From Takakia lepidozioides (taxonomy: Eukaryota; Plantae; Bryophyta), in contig CM060733.1 of assembly GCA_030704615.1 (NCBI GenBank), positions 47,864,001 to 47,928,000 on the forward strand: a DNA stretch of 64,000 nt, given 5' to 3'. This document shows positions 43,196-55,204 of the stretch, one piece after another. Position 1 is the stretch's first letter; every line of letters begins with the position of its first letter. The position numbers were made by a program, and so were the translations under genes. A model generated the notes under the pieces. The model was not told the DNA's origin, did no database searches, and saw only the letters and a list, made by a program, of their open reading frames with translations.

Positions 43196-44874
43196 TGCTT
43201 TATAAATAATTACAAACTAAAAATTCTTTATAAGTGTAAACAATATCCAAAATAAAATACGCATAAAGGAGGCGGGCCATAGTCATGAGCTGGCCTGTCT
43301 TCATTTCATTTTTACTCATCACGTTCAGAGGGGCACGAATTTTTAATACATTATATTTTTAGTTTGGGTTATTTTATGTTATTAAAATAAAATAAAATTT
43401 GTTTGATAACCGGATACTGAACCGCCGGAGGCCATCCTAAAATAAATTCGAGTTTTTTCATGGCTCCCTCTCCCCCGACGTTATAACTGTGGTTGCAATA
43501 AGAGAAGAGGGGCTGGCTATAATTTGCTTTGAGTTCAATGGTGAGGGCCATGTAAAGGCGGATTGCCCATAGGCCAAAATGAAACCAATAGAGGATATTC
43601 AAGCTGGAGACTCTGACTCCTCCAAACCAGCACCTCTGTCCACCTCTGCAGTGGTTGTTGTGCCTCTGCAGGTCCCCTCAAAGGGAAAAGAGAGGGTTGG
43701 GGAGGATGTGTAGCAGTGAAAAATAACAAAAAAAAGAAGAAAGAATGAGGACCTCGCAGTTTGGAGTCATCCCGCACAGGCCAGTGGGTCAAGCCCTCTT
43801 TATTCGACTGGATGGATGAAAGAAGGTAGGTAGGAAATGATGATTTTTGCGCTAGATGGACCTATCTTTAGATTAGCCAGCTTGTTTTCTTATAAGAGCT
43901 TGTTTAGGATTACAGGATATCCTAGGTGGCTGGAGGTAGCCTATACTATATGCGCACACAAATGCATGCATATGGAGGAATGTATGCGTGCATACAAATT
44001 TTAGATATGCATAGGAACAATGCACAACACTTAAATAAGGGTACCAAAAAAATTAAAAAAATTGTGATTCATCTAATCTTAGGGTCCATAGTCAAAATAT
44101 CAAAGGATGGAATAAGAATATTCTATATAGAATATTCCATATTCATTGTATTATTATTCACATGGGTGAGTGTAGGAATGGGAGATGAACATGTTGCTTT
44201 TATGGCTTTCCAACATGAGAAAAAAGGTCAAAAAATTAAAAAGTGACGAGGCACGGCTCCTTGTTAGATACAAATGGTGAAGGTACGGGCTCTTCCAATG
44301 GTGGGAGTCTAGTTTGAAGTTCAGAATGAAGCAATGCTAAGGGAATGCTAGGGAGCTTGACAATGCTAGGGAGCTTTGTTACATAGGTTTTGCAGTATCT
44401 ATATATCTATCTTCTGAAACATTTTTATTTTACAAAAACATAATGTCCATCAGAGATAGAACCCACAACCTATCGGGTATCAAGCCTAGTTCATACCACT
44501 ACACTACCCATTCAGACTTGAAACACTAATGAAATGAAACACTAATGAGATAAATAGTCACCCTGTGTGTACATAACATGCCACAATACTCATAAGGGTT
44601 GATCTTACTAATGATGAAATTTGATAGTGCTGAAGTGCATGTCGAACTTGCATTAAGGTAAAGGGATCTATGAAATGCAGTAGAGATCTATGTACAAACT
44701 ATTACATAGATAAATCAAATGACAGGAAGATAACATGAAATCTGATTTCAACACCATGTCATTTGCCCCATTTGTTTTACCTTACACTAGAGAGAAATAC
44801 ATGTATCATAAAAAATAACAAAAAATTCGGACTGACAATGAGGACAATGTATTGTATATGTAATTTCTAATTAC

Positions 44875-47800
44875 CTACATAACATCATCAGCTGATACTT
44901 CATCATCCGTGTCATAAGCCTGTGATTCAGAGGCATACACATCCATGAAAGCCTCAACTCTACGCAACCTATCCACGGATTGTCCAACAATAGCTGCTCT
45001 TCGGTCAAACAACAGATCATTGGAAAGACCTACATCACGTTGTTGATGTATTGAATGCAAAGCTTGGGACTCGGCATACGAAGGTAGATAAAACGATGAA
45101 AGAGGACTTTGGGGTAGACTATCGTAGATGGTCCGCACAATCCCATCACTGCATCACACATACATGTATACTTATGTTAACAAATCAAATGGGAATGGTT
45201 TGCTTTGCAAATAATATAGAGATTGCAACAAAGGGAATGGAGGCGAGACATACTCACTAGGAAGTACTGCCGAGATGAAGACCAAGCTTGCGCGCCACCT
45301 TAGGAGCGGGGGTTCCAACAAACTCACAGGACGTTGAATGGTTGGAGTTACCACAGATGAAACCAAAACGGGTTGAGTATTTTGAAGTGCAGAGAGACGT
45401 GCTGCATACAACGTCTGGTCCCCCTCAAGACCAAATACGTGACGTCCAGACTCGCGGGCAGCAATAAATGTAGAACCTGCAGGAAAAAAACATGCAATGA
45501 TGATATTATATCGGATAACAGTTAATGATCATGAATCAGCTCAGAAGATTTTAATTACAAAATGGAGACCAATGCAAACCTGTGCCAGCTGTGAGATCCA
45601 AAATGCGGGAGCCAGGAGGTGAGCATGTCTCCAACAACACTTGCATGAAGGCGGGACTACGGTCTCGCGCACCCCTCCAGGCTTGTTGAGGAGTTTGCAT
45701 GGGTAGTGCAACATCTGGAATGTGGTTGTAGATGGCATCCAACTCAACAGGGTCTGCAAGGGGGTCCACAACTTTGCCAGACTCACGCAGTTTGAATAGT
45801 CCTCCTTGCTTGGTGAGGACATGGGCGTGGAAGAACATGGTCTGTTAGACGTGCCATTTCCACAAAAACAGTGCACCCGGATGGTTTAATAATATGTATG
45901 AGAGTAGGAAGATGAAACATCAAACAATGAGATATTGAAGAGGGATGATTTTTACCTTTCCTGTCTGAGTGTGTAGAGGGGTGGTATTGATGCAAGTATA
46001 TTTCCTTGATAATACGGAAATAGAGCTGCCCCTGGAGTAAGAAAAGAGCTCCAATGCAAAGGAATCATCGGAGCCCTGCAAGAACACCAAGCATCCATTG
46101 TCATCCAACAGGTCATTAGCAATGGAGAATGCATACTCCCAATACCGTTTATCAAAAGCATTCCAGGGAGGAACCTGTACACCATCCAAACAGCCCTGTA
46201 CAGGCATTCCTGTTGGGCAGTCCACGATGATCATGTCCACAGCCACATGCACGCTTTTTCCATCCACAACACTAGACCAAGTTCCTGGCAACTGCAAACA
46301 ACATACAGAAAATGTAGGAGTCAATAGCCGGATGATGAGGATATAAAAACATCGAAGAATTCCTTACATTCAAGTTTGTTTGTTGGGGGAAACTCACATT
46401 TTTTAAGAACTCCATGAGCTCTTTCAAGGTCGCATCAGGAGATGTACTTGAGGCCTCCACCATATCAATGAAATGAGTAGGCATGATCTTCATGCGATAC
46501 ATGCTAGGTGCACCACCAGAAAATGACACTGCACTGTAAGGATGTTCGCCTGCCTTTGGCTTGTTTCCTCGAGTAGTAGGTGCAGGCACTACAACCAACT
46601 GATTTGAAGGATGTGAAGAACTACCAATAGGACCAGCAATAGAAGCCACACCTGCATTGACATCCGCACCTTTTCTTTTTCGTGATTTGCGTTTTGGTAC
46701 ACCCACAACGGCAGGGACCACTTGGGCTACAGCGTCAGCGGCCTGTGTAGCAATCTGTTCTGCATGCTCCAGATCAAGAACAGGGACTTCAGTGGAGATA
46801 CCCCCTTCATCACTCACTGACTGCCTGCGAACACATTCCTTATGAAGTCCCATTTCTGCATAGGGGATAGTACCCTTGGGCATATCCAAATACCAACCCC
46901 CCCCTTCCCGGTGTTCCACACCCCAATCTTCCTCAATTGCAGGTGTGTACATGGAAGCTTGTTGAGCACCAAACTTCCAGGCCATCAGAAACTTGGGCTC
47001 AGCCTTAAGTCGATCACTCGGTACAAGCACAAATCTCATGTACCTAAAATACAAACACATTCAAAGTTATTGTGGAGACAAATATTTATGCAACCTGTTC
47101 AACAATTGAACAAGCACATTAAGAAACATGTATATCCCAATGTACTAGAAAAATACTTGAAGCATAGACATTTTTGACTTACAAGGTGTATACACTATCC
47201 ATGTACAATGCAATGGAAAGATGGTACCTGAATAAAATCCGTCTCACCACCTTCTCCCCACCTGTTTGTTGTTCCCAATCATTGCCTCTGAATGGCCCCT
47301 TTGGCAATGAGAACTCTCTATGAAACAACTCATTGAAATGAGTCATCTTCCATGTATCCATGTAGTCTCCCAGACTCTCACTCTCTCCTTCCTCCAAGGC
47401 AACATGAAATTGGCCAAGCTGAGTGGTGTACAAGGCAAACTGAGCCAAGGCAACCTTGCGAAGCTGCCAGAAAATACAGTCAGTTAAATAACTATGTTAA
47501 TGTGTCATCAACAAAATGAATTAATTGCATTGAGAAGATAGTGATTGTATATGTACCTGCCACCAAAAAGTCCTTCTATTCAGCCAAGGATCAAGTGTTG
47601 GCCCACTGATAGGCCCGGGTGGAAAAAAATTACGGTCGTGAAGTGTTTGGTCTCCATTCCATATATGTAGCCATTCCACCTTTTCTTCAGGATCCACCCG
47701 GGCGGTAGCAATGTTCACCATTTTCTCTTGGGTCATTTCCTCTGATCCTGCCTTTACACGTGACCAATGCAGTTTAAGTTCTTGGAGAAACCCCTCTCCA

Positions 47801-50507
47801 AGGGTTGGATCAGCAATAGGAAGCAACTTCACAAGCTGACTCTTGTGTTGCTCCCTTGCTTTCAATCCAGCCTGTCTCATTGTATCTTCAAGGCCCTCTT
47901 GACTCTTTGGCCCCTCAGCAAGTTTGTAAGCTTCCCCCGCCATGCGTTGGGCCTCAACAATATCATGCTGCCAAAAGAACCAAAACAGTTCATAACATGA
48001 ACCAGAGGTGAATCTTGTCTATGGATGCAAAGAATGAAACTTGGTTAAGACATGATGTTACCTTGTACAAAATCTCTGTCATTGCATGGACTGTCAGGTT
48101 ATACCAAGTCTTTCCTGCTTTCTTGATGCATTCGTCGTATTGCTCTTTCCTCAATACATTCTTCCATTCAGAGACAGGTGTAAGGCCAATCATATTGACC
48201 TTGCAAACCAAGTGCACAAATTTGGATGTAACATGTGCCCTCTCTGTTGCCCTGCACATATAAAATATGATCATTAGAAAGAAGATGTGTATATGTACAT
48301 CCATTGAGCAAGAACATGACAACATTGAACATGAAAGTAAATGAAGAATAGAAAGGAAACTCACACATTCACTCCATCCATGATGGACCTGAGGGAACCA
48401 CGATTTTCAATGTCCGCATTGAGCACCCAACTTGTCACACAGACATGTCTTGACAAGTTGGCCCCATGAACTTCATTGATATAGGGATACCATGCTTGAA
48501 GCCTATGATTCCCATCCCAGACATGAAACATCTTCCCCCGAAGATGATGCAACTTTGGCTTGGACTCAAGATACTTCTCAAACTCATCATTGACTGTTTT
48601 CCAATGACTATCCCATGTAGAGATGATATCAGGACCTACATCTATAGTAGATCCATCAATCCCCTCAACAGAAACATAGAACACGGCTGCTCCTGGATGG
48701 TATCCAGAATAGAAGTCTCCTCTAAGCTTTAGGATGTCGTTGGCAAGGGCGGGCCTAACAACCTGCATAGAAATCATGCGACACAATGGAATGTCCATAA
48801 CTCCATCCTCAATGAGGAGGGACCTGAAAGTTACATTCAGATCTTGTTTCTTTTCCAGAATAATTGCCTGTTTGGCATCTAGAGAAAGAGGATCACTAGA
48901 TGTTGTATCCTCTTCATACTCATCTGCCCCCCAATTCCCTGCATCAATGTCGTCAATAATGGTTGCAAGCGTCCCGGCCTCCACAGCTTCAGTTGTAGTA
49001 GTAATTTCCTAATTCCATAGACCAAAACAGTTCAAGATGTCAGTGTATGAGAAGAGCACATGTGTGAATGTATAATATGTAAAAAGAGCAGTTCAGTGTC
49101 ATGGTTGCATGAAGAAAACAAATGAATTTGGATAGTCAACTAATTCCATGAATATCCTTGTCTTTCAAAGCTTACAACTTGGAGCAGAATACAGGCCTGA
49201 GCATCCCGACAGAGGACCTCCGACCACCTACGCCGGCGCATATGACACATATGTGCAACCAACTCAAAATTTGACAAGATTTGAGGCCCTTGAAGAAATT
49301 TTTGCTCAAGGAGCTCCAAGCATATGCGCCGGCGCATACCATGGAAGGGAGGTTGTAGCCAAACATACAGGAGCACCTTGAAAGATCAAACTAGGCCTAT
49401 GGAAGCATGTGGAGTTGTGGAGGTGGCAACGTAGAAGCTTTGAGATACTTGAATACTGTGATCAACCAAAATAGGGAAGGTTCCCCAAGCGTCTGCGCCG
49501 ACGGAGGTGGCAGCCTCGACACTTTGGAGCTTACGTAACACAAGGAATATACAACAAAAAACCAAGCTCCAAGCATCTCCGCCGGCGGAGATGCTTGCAT
49601 GAGGTTCCTGAAACCTAGGAGCTAAGCAAAAAAAGATTGTGCTCAATGGGTATGCGCCGGCGGATATGGCAGCCCAGCCCGCTCGGAGCATCAACAACTT
49701 ATGAGAATGCGGAGAAACAAAAGAGATGGAAGGGGGGAGAACTTCCTGAAATATGTGAGCAGCCCTGCTGCACGGGTCTGTGTTGACAGAGGTGGCAGCC
49801 TTGGCGCTTTGGAGCTTCCGTAACACAGGGAATATGCAAAAAAAACCAAGCTCCAAGTGTCTCCGCCGGCGGAGACGCTTGCAGGAGGTTCCTGAAACCT
49901 ATGAGCTGAGCAAAAAAGAATGTACTCAATGGGTATGCGCCGGCGGATATGCCAGCGCAGCCCACTCGGAGCATCAGCAACTTTTGAGCATGCGGAAAAA
50001 CAAAGGAGATGGAAAAGGGGAGAACTTCCTGAAACATTTGAGCAGCCCTGCTGCACAGGTATGCGCCGGCGGATACGCCAGCCCAACCCGCTCGGAGCAT
50101 CAGCAACGTATGAGCATGCAAAAAAATAAACGGGATGGGAGTAGAGGAGCACTTCCTGAAACATGTGAGCATCCCAGCTCCAACGGTATGCGCCGGCGGA
50201 GGTGGCAGCCCAGCCCTTCCAAGCATCAGAAAAAACCAAGGGGAATGAGCTGTCTCCGCCGGCGGAGACGGTTGTGTGTATGTGTGGAGATTCGCAAACT
50301 TGTGAGAGTTGAAGTGACTTAGGCATCTGCGCCGGCGGAGGTGCTAGATTAGGAGCAGCTTGGTGGGGCTTATGCGATGGCGCATATGCCTAAGTGCAGG
50401 TCATGAAAAAAAACAAAACTACAGCTTACCTTCTCCGTCCGCAGCTTGCCTCTACCACCACCACCACCAGCAACGCCTCCCCCTCGAGTGTCCTTCTTCC
50501 TCCCCAT
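44875..50507 (-). CDS. ParB/Sulfiredoxin-like domain fused to a beta-class N4-cytosine/N6-adenine DNA methyltransferase-like domain (~1099 aa, 10 exons)
   Basis: Hand-built exons: 50507-50430 (tentative), 49008-48365, 48251-48062, 47967-47557, 47463-47228, 47043-46398, 46291-45956, 45841-45580, 45476-45254, 45148-44875. All junctions are GT-AG and phase-compatible, totalling 3300 nt with no internal stop. Motifs: FHVWDGNHRLQAW (ParB-like), MIIVDCPTG (motif IV position), then SPPGSRILDLTAGTGSTFIAARESGRHVFGLEGD (SAM-binding motif I region). Confidence 0.85.
49200..50345. repeat. Array of CGCCGGCG-centred palindromes in predicted intron 1 of the cargo gene
   Basis: About ten CGCCGGCG cores, a ~285-bp duplication (49562 vs 49847) and a perfect 28-bp palindrome CAAGCATCTCCGCCGGCGGAGATGCTTG at 49570-49597. 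Confidence 0.85.
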
Positions 50508-51573
50508 CGCCGCAACAGCTCGTTGCCTCGGGGTGGTATAGTATAAGGCCGAGATGCGGCGCCTCCGTCTCCTCTTCGCAACGGGAGTCTCCAGGGTGTA
50601 GAGACTAGAGACGTGTTAAGTGCTTGTGTAGTTTGTGTGTGTTTGTTTGGGGGAGTGGCAAGGGATAATGTGCAAGTATACTAGACTACGTTAGTGTAGT
50701 AATGATACCGGGTTAGTCATGTAGTAATGGCAACAAGTTTAACTGAATAGAAACAGTTTATTAACAAAAAAGTAGAGGTTGTTTCATTGAATAGAGCATG
50801 GCTTGTTGGTAAGGTTGTGGTGTATTTTCCACTAGGTTGCGGGTTCAAACCTGCCCCCGCCAAGGAGAGCGGGGGGAAAGGGGGGCGAGGGCGAAGGCTA
50901 AGGCCTTAAAAAGGCCAAATTGGCCAAATCTGAAATGTGAACATTTTTTATACACTCTGGCGTTAGTGTTTTTTGGACTACATGGGTTACACGTGGATCC
51001 TCAGAAGATGGTTGTACGATTGACATGTTACTTTGTGGCGGCGCCTTCATAATACAATATAAAGTAAGTGATAAAGTAACTAAATATTTTGTTATGGGTG
51101 TCTTAATCAATTTATTGGTTTTAGAGTCAATTGTCGCCACAAATACTTGTACTCATTACTCATACATGAGTAATCAAAGAACAAATCAACATACATGTCA
51201 TGGGATTTGATTGTAAATAAATTGTGCCGTCTAGTGTGTCAGTTCATAGTTGGACGATTAATCAACGATTGGTTGTAAAATAAATGGAAACATGCAGAGC
51301 ATTTATGTTTCATATGCTCATAAGAAGAAGGCAGTACATTGGATTCTAAGATCTCAACAACGGCGCCGTCGTCTTAAAAATAGGGGATAGTCCATTTAGT
51401 TGTTTCTGTCAGAGAATAATATGGATGGAGCACATGCCTCAAAAAATTTGGACCTTCTGGATTGATGATACACATAAGTAATGTAAGCCATTTAATGTAT
51501 TTGCATAAGGTCTTGCAAGATGTGCGCTTTCATTCATTTTGCATCTTCTCTCAAACTTTGAGGGCATTGCCAA

Positions 51574-54500
51574 ATGTCTACACCAAAATATGCAGTGCTT
51601 TCATGTCCACCTGATGCAAAAGTGGTTCGTTATCCTTGCAATGGAAACAAGTGCATTATCCCAGAACCTTGGTTATGCAATAGATTCAAACTTGTTCCGG
51701 GTTCAGTTTTTTTGGAGGATGATGGAGATGATGATGCCTCCACAGTGTTGCTTCCAGTTTTCAATGACGGCCAAAAGCAATGGGAGTTGTTTCCAGACAC
51801 TTTCTCCAAGTACCGTGTCACAGGTACGAGCTATACACAGTCACATGATGAGAGGCACACTTCTATTGCAAGAAAGAACGATCAAGCTGCAACAAATGGG
51901 AGTTGTAAATTGAAGGAGGAGGTTGCAGATTCGGCGAGCTTGGGGTCTCATAATTCGGATTGTGTTGAGGTTTCTAAGAGTGTATTTTGTGGATCTCAAC
52001 CTTCCTCATCTGCTCATACGGTCTTGCTTCACGACATGAAGCCTCGGAAAACTCCATTGGACAACACCACGTCTGATTGTTGCGAATCTGCGAGGGGTTT
52101 ATCTTCATCTCCACGACTAGCAGGGGAGGCTACATCTGCATTTCCTTCTGGTGTGTTGTCCATTTTGAGTATCTTGGCCACTGCTCGGAGGAATGGATCA
52201 AAAGGAGAGCTTTCTACCTTGGACTATAGTCACATTCCAGTGCATCGTGTTCGGTGTCTTCCTCGAGCTTTTGATGGAAAAGTGATCCACGAACTCCCCC
52301 CCGTGGTCAAACTACGTACGGACCGTGGTTCACAGTCCCTCCAAGGCATGGACCGCAAGTTTGATGGTCATCCTTGGTGCAAGACCAATACCTACAATAT
52401 GTCTGGTGTTCCAGATCATGTGAAATGTAGTAAGGTTCTTTGTGTTGGAAAGCTCATATGTCAAAGCAGCACTTGCCCCTTCTTCAAGAAAGAAGGAGAA
52501 CGGAATGACCGCTATTGGGAAGGCAATGCAGACAAGGTGTTCATTGCAGGAGCCCAAGTTCCATTCAACCAGTTCAAGTGTAGTTTCTGCAAAGAAAGAC
52601 CTTTCTGTGAGGCGCATTGTGGGGCAAGAATGTACTATGTCACAAGTTCCCTTCCAACATATACACGTGTTGCAGTTCACGTTGGGTTTCATAACCATCC
52701 ATGTGCCAAGGGCGAGAATAGAGAGGCTGCGGAAAATGCATCAAGCATGATTCAAGAGCACGTTAAGATGAAGCCATGGTCGACCCCGGGAGCTATTTCC
52801 TTGTCAATGGCCCAAAAGCTCTTGATTGATCGAGTTCTTGTGGCTGATGGCACAGAGACAGTACGTCTTGAGGGAGAGGCTTTGGAAGATATTCTTGAAG
52901 AGTTTGCCCATGTTTGTAGCCCCAATGTGAAAAACAAGGTCGCATCTGCACGTGTCAATTCCATCATGTCCATATTGGAGTTGAAGCGTCTGAGTACATA
53001 CCATTTCATTCACAGCAATCTCCTTCCAGGCCAGCATACTTCTCATCTCCCCCATGTTTTCAAGATGTCTGTTGCTGGTCCCGGGAGTGGTGTTGATCTT
53101 GTGCGTCGCATGAGTGAGGGGGATCTACGCACAAGTTGGGTAGTATTTGACCATGTCAAACGCATCAAGGATTGGACAACTCTTGCGTGTCATGTCTATG
53201 AACCATATGTCAAGCGAATGATGACCATTGCCATTTGCGATATGAAAACAGAGGATGCAGATGCTCAGGTGTTATTCTGGGAGATGATCAATGAACAAGC
53301 AAAACTTGCTGGCTTGAACAAACCAAATTTTGCTGGCTTCATGGCGGATGCAGCAGGAGCGAATTGGGCTGCTGTTCGAAGGGTTTATGGATCTGATCCC
53401 AATGTCCCAATGGAAGGTAAAGAAAGAACATGTTTATATCATTGGGCTGAAAGCCTCCGAAGACACACCAACGACTATATCTTGGAGGACTTCCGTGAAA
53501 GGCACACTCAGCTCTGTTATGAATGGAAAGATAGTGCTACCTTGGAGGATGCTACAACCACATACATTGCAATTCGGGCTTGGTGGCTCTCTTCAGGAGC
53601 ATGCACAGAAAAGAGTCTGCCAAAACTGGATTCATGGCTTGCATGGTGGCACTACAGATATCGAATGTGGGGCCAATGGATGAGAGAGGACATGGATGTG
53701 GAGGCAGATGCAGATATGCCTACCACTAATTTGTCTGAGGCAGTCCATTCTGCTTGGTGGAAGACAGCAGGCAATGGGAAAAAAATGAAGGTGGATCTAT
53801 ATGAGGCCACCATGCATGACATGTCACGAGCTCTTTTGCAGCAGGCAACATTTTACAGGCACACCACAGGAAAGACATGGGGGACGGGGCCCGACAAAGA
53901 GGAGCTCATGTTGCGTCAAGCAGCTAGATCTAATAGCCCAGCAAAAATGGGTAAGGTTGTACGTGGCATAGTAGCTGGAACACCCATGCACACAAGGGGG
54001 GTTCAATTGGAGGGAGACAATCGCACTATTCCAGTCAAACGCAAGTTAGGCGATGAGCATGGTGGGCCAAACGAATCTTGGAGGTGTGATATGAATGTAA
54101 AGACTGTTCCAGTGCGCGCCACTGGGATGCCCAGTCCACACCAGCCATCTAGGTTTGTCAGCTCCAAATCAAGTCATGACATTCCTGGTTCTTCGACTTT
54201 CTGTGAGACAAATCCACATGTTGCTATCCCTCCTCAGCCAATGCAATGGGGAAATCCAGTGAGAGAGACACAAGACTTTTCCGATGCATTGTTCAGGATT
54301 CAGCGGACAGGTCCTGCTTCCATGGTTCGTTGTTCTGCCTTGGTTGGAGTTTCCAAAGATAAATGCAAAGCGCTCATCAGGAAAGGTAAAGGAAGTCCTG
54401 CACCTTGCTTCACTGGCAAGTTACTAGCACCGAACATGAAAGAACCAAAACTGCAAGTTTTTTGGTTTTGCCCCACAGATGTTTTGTCGTGTGTTGGAGG

Positions 54501-55116
54501 GACCGTGCCATCCTATTGCTTGGGAAAACCGGGTATACCTAACGTGTGGCCTGTGAAGGTTGGAACCAACCTTACACAAGAAGAGGTGGACAACTTGACC
54601 CTTGCAGGTTTTCGACTAGTCCATCCTCCCAACGTTCCTGATCCGAACTTTCCTGTGGGACCACTTCCAGTGGAACAACATATTCATCAAGGTGTTGTCC
54701 TTCCTGTGGGTAAGTATCCCACTACACGCTATGGGGTGCGCATTCGGCGTCGGGATCCGACTCCTCGACACTTGAGTCGCCAAGAGTCAGCGGAGACTCT
54801 TATTGCTGAGGTTCGTGGATTCAGAAACGTGCCTCAGCCAGGTTATGGGAGAATTTACCAGCTACAAACAGAGGGATCTACCAGAGCAGGATTGGTTTAC
54901 AATGTATACATTGGTCAGTTTCCATCTTGTGATTGTCCCGACTTTGATGAGCTATCTGTCAAGAAGAAAAAACAAACATATCTACCTTGTAAGCACATGT
55001 ACTTCATGTACAACGTGCATCTAGGATGCGCCGGGGCTTATGAGATCCACCAACCTTCCCTTAGCCAGTTAGAGGTTAGGGCTATGCTAAAGAAGGACCC
55101 TAGTTCAACTTCTTAG
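51574..55116 (+). CDS. Mutator-like transposase with GCM-like Zn DNA-binding domain, DDE core and C-terminal SWIM finger
   Basis: Uninterrupted 1180-aa ORF. DGHPWCKTNT..CVGKLIC..C..CSFC..C..HVGFHNH (GCM/WRKY-like). VVFD..FMAD..CLYH..TNLSE (MULE DDE with CxxH). CDC..PCKH (SWIM). Confidence 0.9.
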   Translation: MSTPKYAVLSCPPDAKVVRYPCNGNKCIIPEPWLCNRFKLVPGSVFLEDDGDDDASTVLLPVFNDGQKQWELFPDTFSKYRVTGTSYTQSHDERHTSIARKNDQAATNGSCKLKEEVADSASLGSHNSDCVEVSKSVFCGSQPSSSAHTVLLHDMKPRKTPLDNTTSDCCESARGLSSSPRLAGEATSAFPSGVLSILSILATARRNGSKGELSTLDYSHIPVHRVRCLPRAFDGKVIHELPPVVKLRTDRGSQSLQGMDRKFDGHPWCKTNTYNMSGVPDHVKCSKVLCVGKLICQSSTCPFFKKEGERNDRYWEGNADKVFIAGAQVPFNQFKCSFCKERPFCEAHCGARMYYVTSSLPTYTRVAVHVGFHNHPCAKGENREAAENASSMIQEHVKMKPWSTPGAISLSMAQKLLIDRVLVADGTETVRLEGEALEDILEEFAHVCSPNVKNKVASARVNSIMSILELKRLSTYHFIHSNLLPGQHTSHLPHVFKMSVAGPGSGVDLVRRMSEGDLRTSWVVFDHVKRIKDWTTLACHVYEPYVKRMMTIAICDMKTEDADAQVLFWEMINEQAKLAGLNKPNFAGFMADAAGANWAAVRRVYGSDPNVPMEGKERTCLYHWAESLRRHTNDYILEDFRERHTQLCYEWKDSATLEDATTTYIAIRAWWLSSGACTEKSLPKLDSWLAWWHYRYRMWGQWMREDMDVEADADMPTTNLSEAVHSAWWKTAGNGKKMKVDLYEATMHDMSRALLQQATFYRHTTGKTWGTGPDKEELMLRQAARSNSPAKMGKVVRGIVAGTPMHTRGVQLEGDNRTIPVKRKLGDEHGGPNESWRCDMNVKTVPVRATGMPSPHQPSRFVSSKSSHDIPGSSTFCETNPHVAIPPQPMQWGNPVRETQDFSDALFRIQRTGPASMVRCSALVGVSKDKCKALIRKGKGSPAPCFTGKLLAPNMKEPKLQVFWFCPTDVLSCVGGTVPSYCLGKPGIPNVWPVKVGTNLTQEEVDNLTLAGFRLVHPPNVPDPNFPVGPLPVEQHIHQGVVLPVGKYPTTRYGVRIRRRDPTPRHLSRQESAETLIAEVRGFRNVPQPGYGRIYQLQTEGSTRAGLVYNVYIGQFPSCDCPDFDELSVKKKKQTYLPCKHMYFMYNVHLGCAGAYEIHQPSLSQLEVRAMLKKDPSSTS

Positions 55117-55204
55117 TGACACATGAAATGCACAAAAAAAGAACCTCTAACTTGTGCCGTTCATTTTCATGCATGTGACATGTAATTATCTTGTTACTAC
55201 TTTA

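Noticed and set aside
49140-50326. ORFs of 150-210 aa on both strands
   Set aside because: Repeat-derived, and they fall in the predicted intron of the cargo gene.
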